Source of the DNA: a virus
Lineage: Duplodnaviria; Caudoviricetes
Reading direction: 5' to 3' (one strand)
DNA length: 26,088 bases
IMG/VR virus record: IMGVR_UViG_3300048080_000322
Coordinates: 1 to 26,088 of that record
The position numbers and the translations under genes were made by a program. The stretch's first letter is position 1. Each line of letters starts with the position of its first letter. Of the stretch, positions 23,864 through 26,088 are shown one piece after another. The notes below the pieces were generated by a model that was given only the letters and a program-made list of their open reading frames with translations, ran no database searches and was not told the origin of the DNA.

Positions 23864-24772
23864 GTGGCGTTCGAGACCGTGGAAATCAGGTCGCGCCTCA
23901 ACGCGATCTCTCCGATCGTCGGCTACCGGCAAGACCTGGCGGTCTCCGACGCGGTCACGCTCGAACTCACCGACACGACCGGCGTCTCGACCTTCCGGTG
24001 GCTCCTCGTGGGCCGCCCCGAGGGTAGCGTGGCCGGCGGCGCGGGACCCGAGCCGCTTCTGCTCGGGAACTCGGGCACGGCCGGGTTTACCGTGGACACC
24101 GACACCGGGTTCCCGAAGGACGGCACGTACACGGTCCACTGCATCCTGAACGAGAACTCGCCCACGGAAGCCACGATCAAGACGATCCTGGTGCGGCTCA
24201 ACGTGCTCACGACGGCCGACGGTCGGACGCTGCGCATGCTCGGCGCCTTCGAGACCGACGAGGACACGGCCGACGCTCTGGTAGCGCAGGGCTACGCGAA
24301 GATGCTCAACCGCTGGCTGCGCAAGCTGGCCGCTCTGACGGCGGCGGCGCCCTTCAAGCGCGTCACCCTCACCGATGGTGAAGGTGTCGCGACCGAGGCC
24401 GACCGCACCACGGAGCACATCTGGTTCTCGTGGGCCATCGACTTCTCCTACTTCACTACGGCGACCATCAAGCTGACGTTCATGGCCGAGGTGCGCGGCG
24501 AGGACAACGGCGTGGACTCGCCGGATGTGTCGGTGTTCCTGATGCCCACGCCGAACGGCAACGGCGGGGCGGTTCCCACCGGAGGCTCGACGCTGCTCAT
24601 CGGCCCCACTGCGTTCGACACGAATGGTGCGTTCAGCACGGTCGCCCCGGCGCCGGTCTCCATCGCAACCCCTGCCGGTGTCCAGGTGCTGGCCATCTCG
24701 GTGAAGGGCGCCTCGCCGGCCGTGCCGATCGCGCTCGTGCAGGGCCCGGTGCTGATCGTCGAGGAGGAGTAG
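23864..24772 (+). CDS. Putative tail-associated protein, paralog A (302 aa)
   Basis: PKD/Ig-like N-terminus (WLLVGRPEGS, DGTYTVHC); paralogous to the next gene. Confidence 0.7.
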   Translation: MAFETVEIRSRLNAISPIVGYRQDLAVSDAVTLELTDTTGVSTFRWLLVGRPEGSVAGGAGPEPLLLGNSGTAGFTVDTDTGFPKDGTYTVHCILNENSPTEATIKTILVRLNVLTTADGRTLRMLGAFETDEDTADALVAQGYAKMLNRWLRKLAALTAAAPFKRVTLTDGEGVATEADRTTEHIWFSWAIDFSYFTTATIKLTFMAEVRGEDNGVDSPDVSVFLMPTPNGNGGAVPTGGSTLLIGPTAFDTNGAFSTVAPAPVSIATPAGVQVLAISVKGASPAVPIALVQGPVLIVEEE

Positions 24773-24776
24773 CCCG

Positions 24777-25724
24777 GTGTCGTTCGACACCGTCCAGATC
24801 CGGTCGAAGGTGAACGGGACCCTCCCGGTTTTCGGCTACCGCGACGACCTGCTGGTGGGCGACACAGTGAGCCTCTCCCTGTCCGACACCACGGGCGTGG
24901 ACCCTTCGGGGACGGAGTGGTGGCTGGTGGGGCGCCCCGAAGGTTCCGTCGTCGGTTTCGCCGGGCCCGAGCCGATTTTTCTCGGTGGCGGACTCACGGT
25001 CTCGTTCGTGGTGGACGACGACACGCTCTACCCGCGCGACGGCAGCTACCTGATCCAGTGCGTCGTCAGAAACTTTCCCGTGGGGCCGAATCCGCCCACG
25101 CGGGTGACCAGGATCCCGGTGCTGCTCGCGCGGCTGTCGGGGCTCACGTTGCCAGACGGCCGGGAACTGCGCATGCCGGCGGCCTACGAGACCGGCGAAG
25201 ACACGGAGAACCCGATCATCAAGCTGGGCACCAGCAAGATGATTAACCGCTGGCTTCGGCGCGTGGCCACGCTGATCGGCACCGCGGAGCAGGGCAAGCG
25301 CATCTCGCTTACGCGCGGCTTCGGGACCGTCACGCACGGCTCCGCGGACACCTTCGGCGTCTACTACTCGTGGGCCGTGGACTTTGATCAGTTCGACGCG
25401 ACAGAAGTCAGGTTCCGACTCTGGGTCGAGGCGCGCCTGGTGGGAGCCGCTACTTCCAACGGGACGGTCCTACTTGCGATTCAACCCAACGGGGTCGCGC
25501 GAGGCGCGGCCCCTCCAGGTGGATCTGCGGGGGTCACGAGTGTCGGAGTGCTTTCGACTTCGTGGACTTCGCTGGCCATCACGTCGATTCCGTTCGCGCG
25601 GCCTTCCGGCGTGAAGGTCGTGGGCGTCTGGCTTCTTGCGGGGTTTACCAGCGGTGGAGAAGGCCCGCCGATTCCCACGCCGATCTTCGCCGCCGGCCCC
25701 GTGGTCGTGGTCGAGCCGGTATGA
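24777..25724 (+). CDS. Putative tail-associated protein, paralog B (315 aa)
   Basis: Shares GYR.DL, LVGRPEGSV, AGPEP, KM.NRWLR, SWA.DF and GPV.VVE motifs with 23864-24772. Confidence 0.7.
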   Translation: MSFDTVQIRSKVNGTLPVFGYRDDLLVGDTVSLSLSDTTGVDPSGTEWWLVGRPEGSVVGFAGPEPIFLGGGLTVSFVVDDDTLYPRDGSYLIQCVVRNFPVGPNPPTRVTRIPVLLARLSGLTLPDGRELRMPAAYETGEDTENPIIKLGTSKMINRWLRRVATLIGTAEQGKRISLTRGFGTVTHGSADTFGVYYSWAVDFDQFDATEVRFRLWVEARLVGAATSNGTVLLAIQPNGVARGAAPPGGSAGVTSVGVLSTSWTSLAITSIPFARPSGVKVVGVWLLAGFTSGGEGPPIPTPIFAAGPVVVVEPV

Positions 25725-26088
25725 GCAGCCGTCTGTGGGCGCTGACGGCGTTCTTCAACTCGTGCGGCTACCGCTCCCGCCTGTCCAACTACCGCGCTTT
25801 CCGCGCGTGCCTGCACATGCCGCTCGTGACCGTGGAGTTGGCGTTCGGCTCGGCTGCCTTCGCGCTCCGGCCGGGCGACGCCGAGGTGCTCGTCCAGGTC
25901 CGCGGAGGTGACGTGATGTGGCAGAAGGAACGCCTGTTGAACATCGGGCTCGGCCGGCTCCCGCGCGAGTGCACGAAGGTGCTCGCCGTGGACTGCGATA
26001 TGGTCGTGCGCAACGCGCGGGCGTGGCCCGGGGCCGTGTCCGGGCTCCTGGACACGCACGCGGTGGTCCAGCCCTACGCGCGCCTGCA
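25721..26088 (+). CDS. Putative GT-A fold glycosyltransferase, truncated by the window end, not in the ORF track
   Basis: ATGA overlap; manual translation MSSRLWALTAFFNSCGYRSRLSNY...VMWQKERLLNIGLGRLPRECTKVLAVDCD...VVQPY with a DxD motif after a hydrophobic strand. Confidence 0.7.
   Translation, partial: MSSRLWALTAFFNSCGYRSRLSNYRAFRACLHMPLVTVELAFGSAAFALRPGDAEVLVQVRGGDVMWQKERLLNIGLGRLPRECTKVLAVDCDMVVRNARAWPGAVSGLLDTHAVVQPYARL

Larger units (their letters stand above)
1..26088 (+). mobile_element. Phage/prophage head-neck-contractile-tail morphogenesis module
   Basis: Canonical gene order from scaffold and capsid to fibre; no host genes visible. Confidence 0.95.

Noticed and set aside
22331-25724. 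Diversity-generating retroelement acting on tail genes
   Set aside because: No reverse transcriptase and no near-identical TR/VR pair differing at adenines seen in the window

Overview
High-GC morphogenesis module of a tailed phage or prophage with a contractile (myovirus-type) tail, almost entirely on the + strand. Gene order: cluster of small acidic/Pro-rich ORFs, two putative head accessory proteins, scaffold, major capsid protein, head-tail joining genes, sheath, tube, tail assembly chaperone with a -1 frameshift, short tape measure, LysM-bearing tube initiator, hub, spike, gp25-like wedge, baseplate J plus a second J/I-like wedge, a fibre-like protein, two paralogous tail proteins and a truncated GT-A glycosyltransferase. 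Four free-standing endonuclease genes (three HNH, one PD-(D/E)XK) sit between genes. The most unusual features are: (i) a ~250-nt intergenic element after the capsid gene with five cUUCGg hairpins, nested long-range stems and a possible pseudoknot, a candidate undescribed structured RNA; (ii) a family of motif-sharing microproteins (xYDxxxG), two of which the ORF track missed; (iii) an H-type pseudoknot abutting the scaffold RBS; (iv) apparently recoded gene ends next to the endonucleases; (v) an SD-led antisense ORF that bridges the inverted HNH. All calls come from reading motifs and synteny by eye; no searches or folding programs were run.
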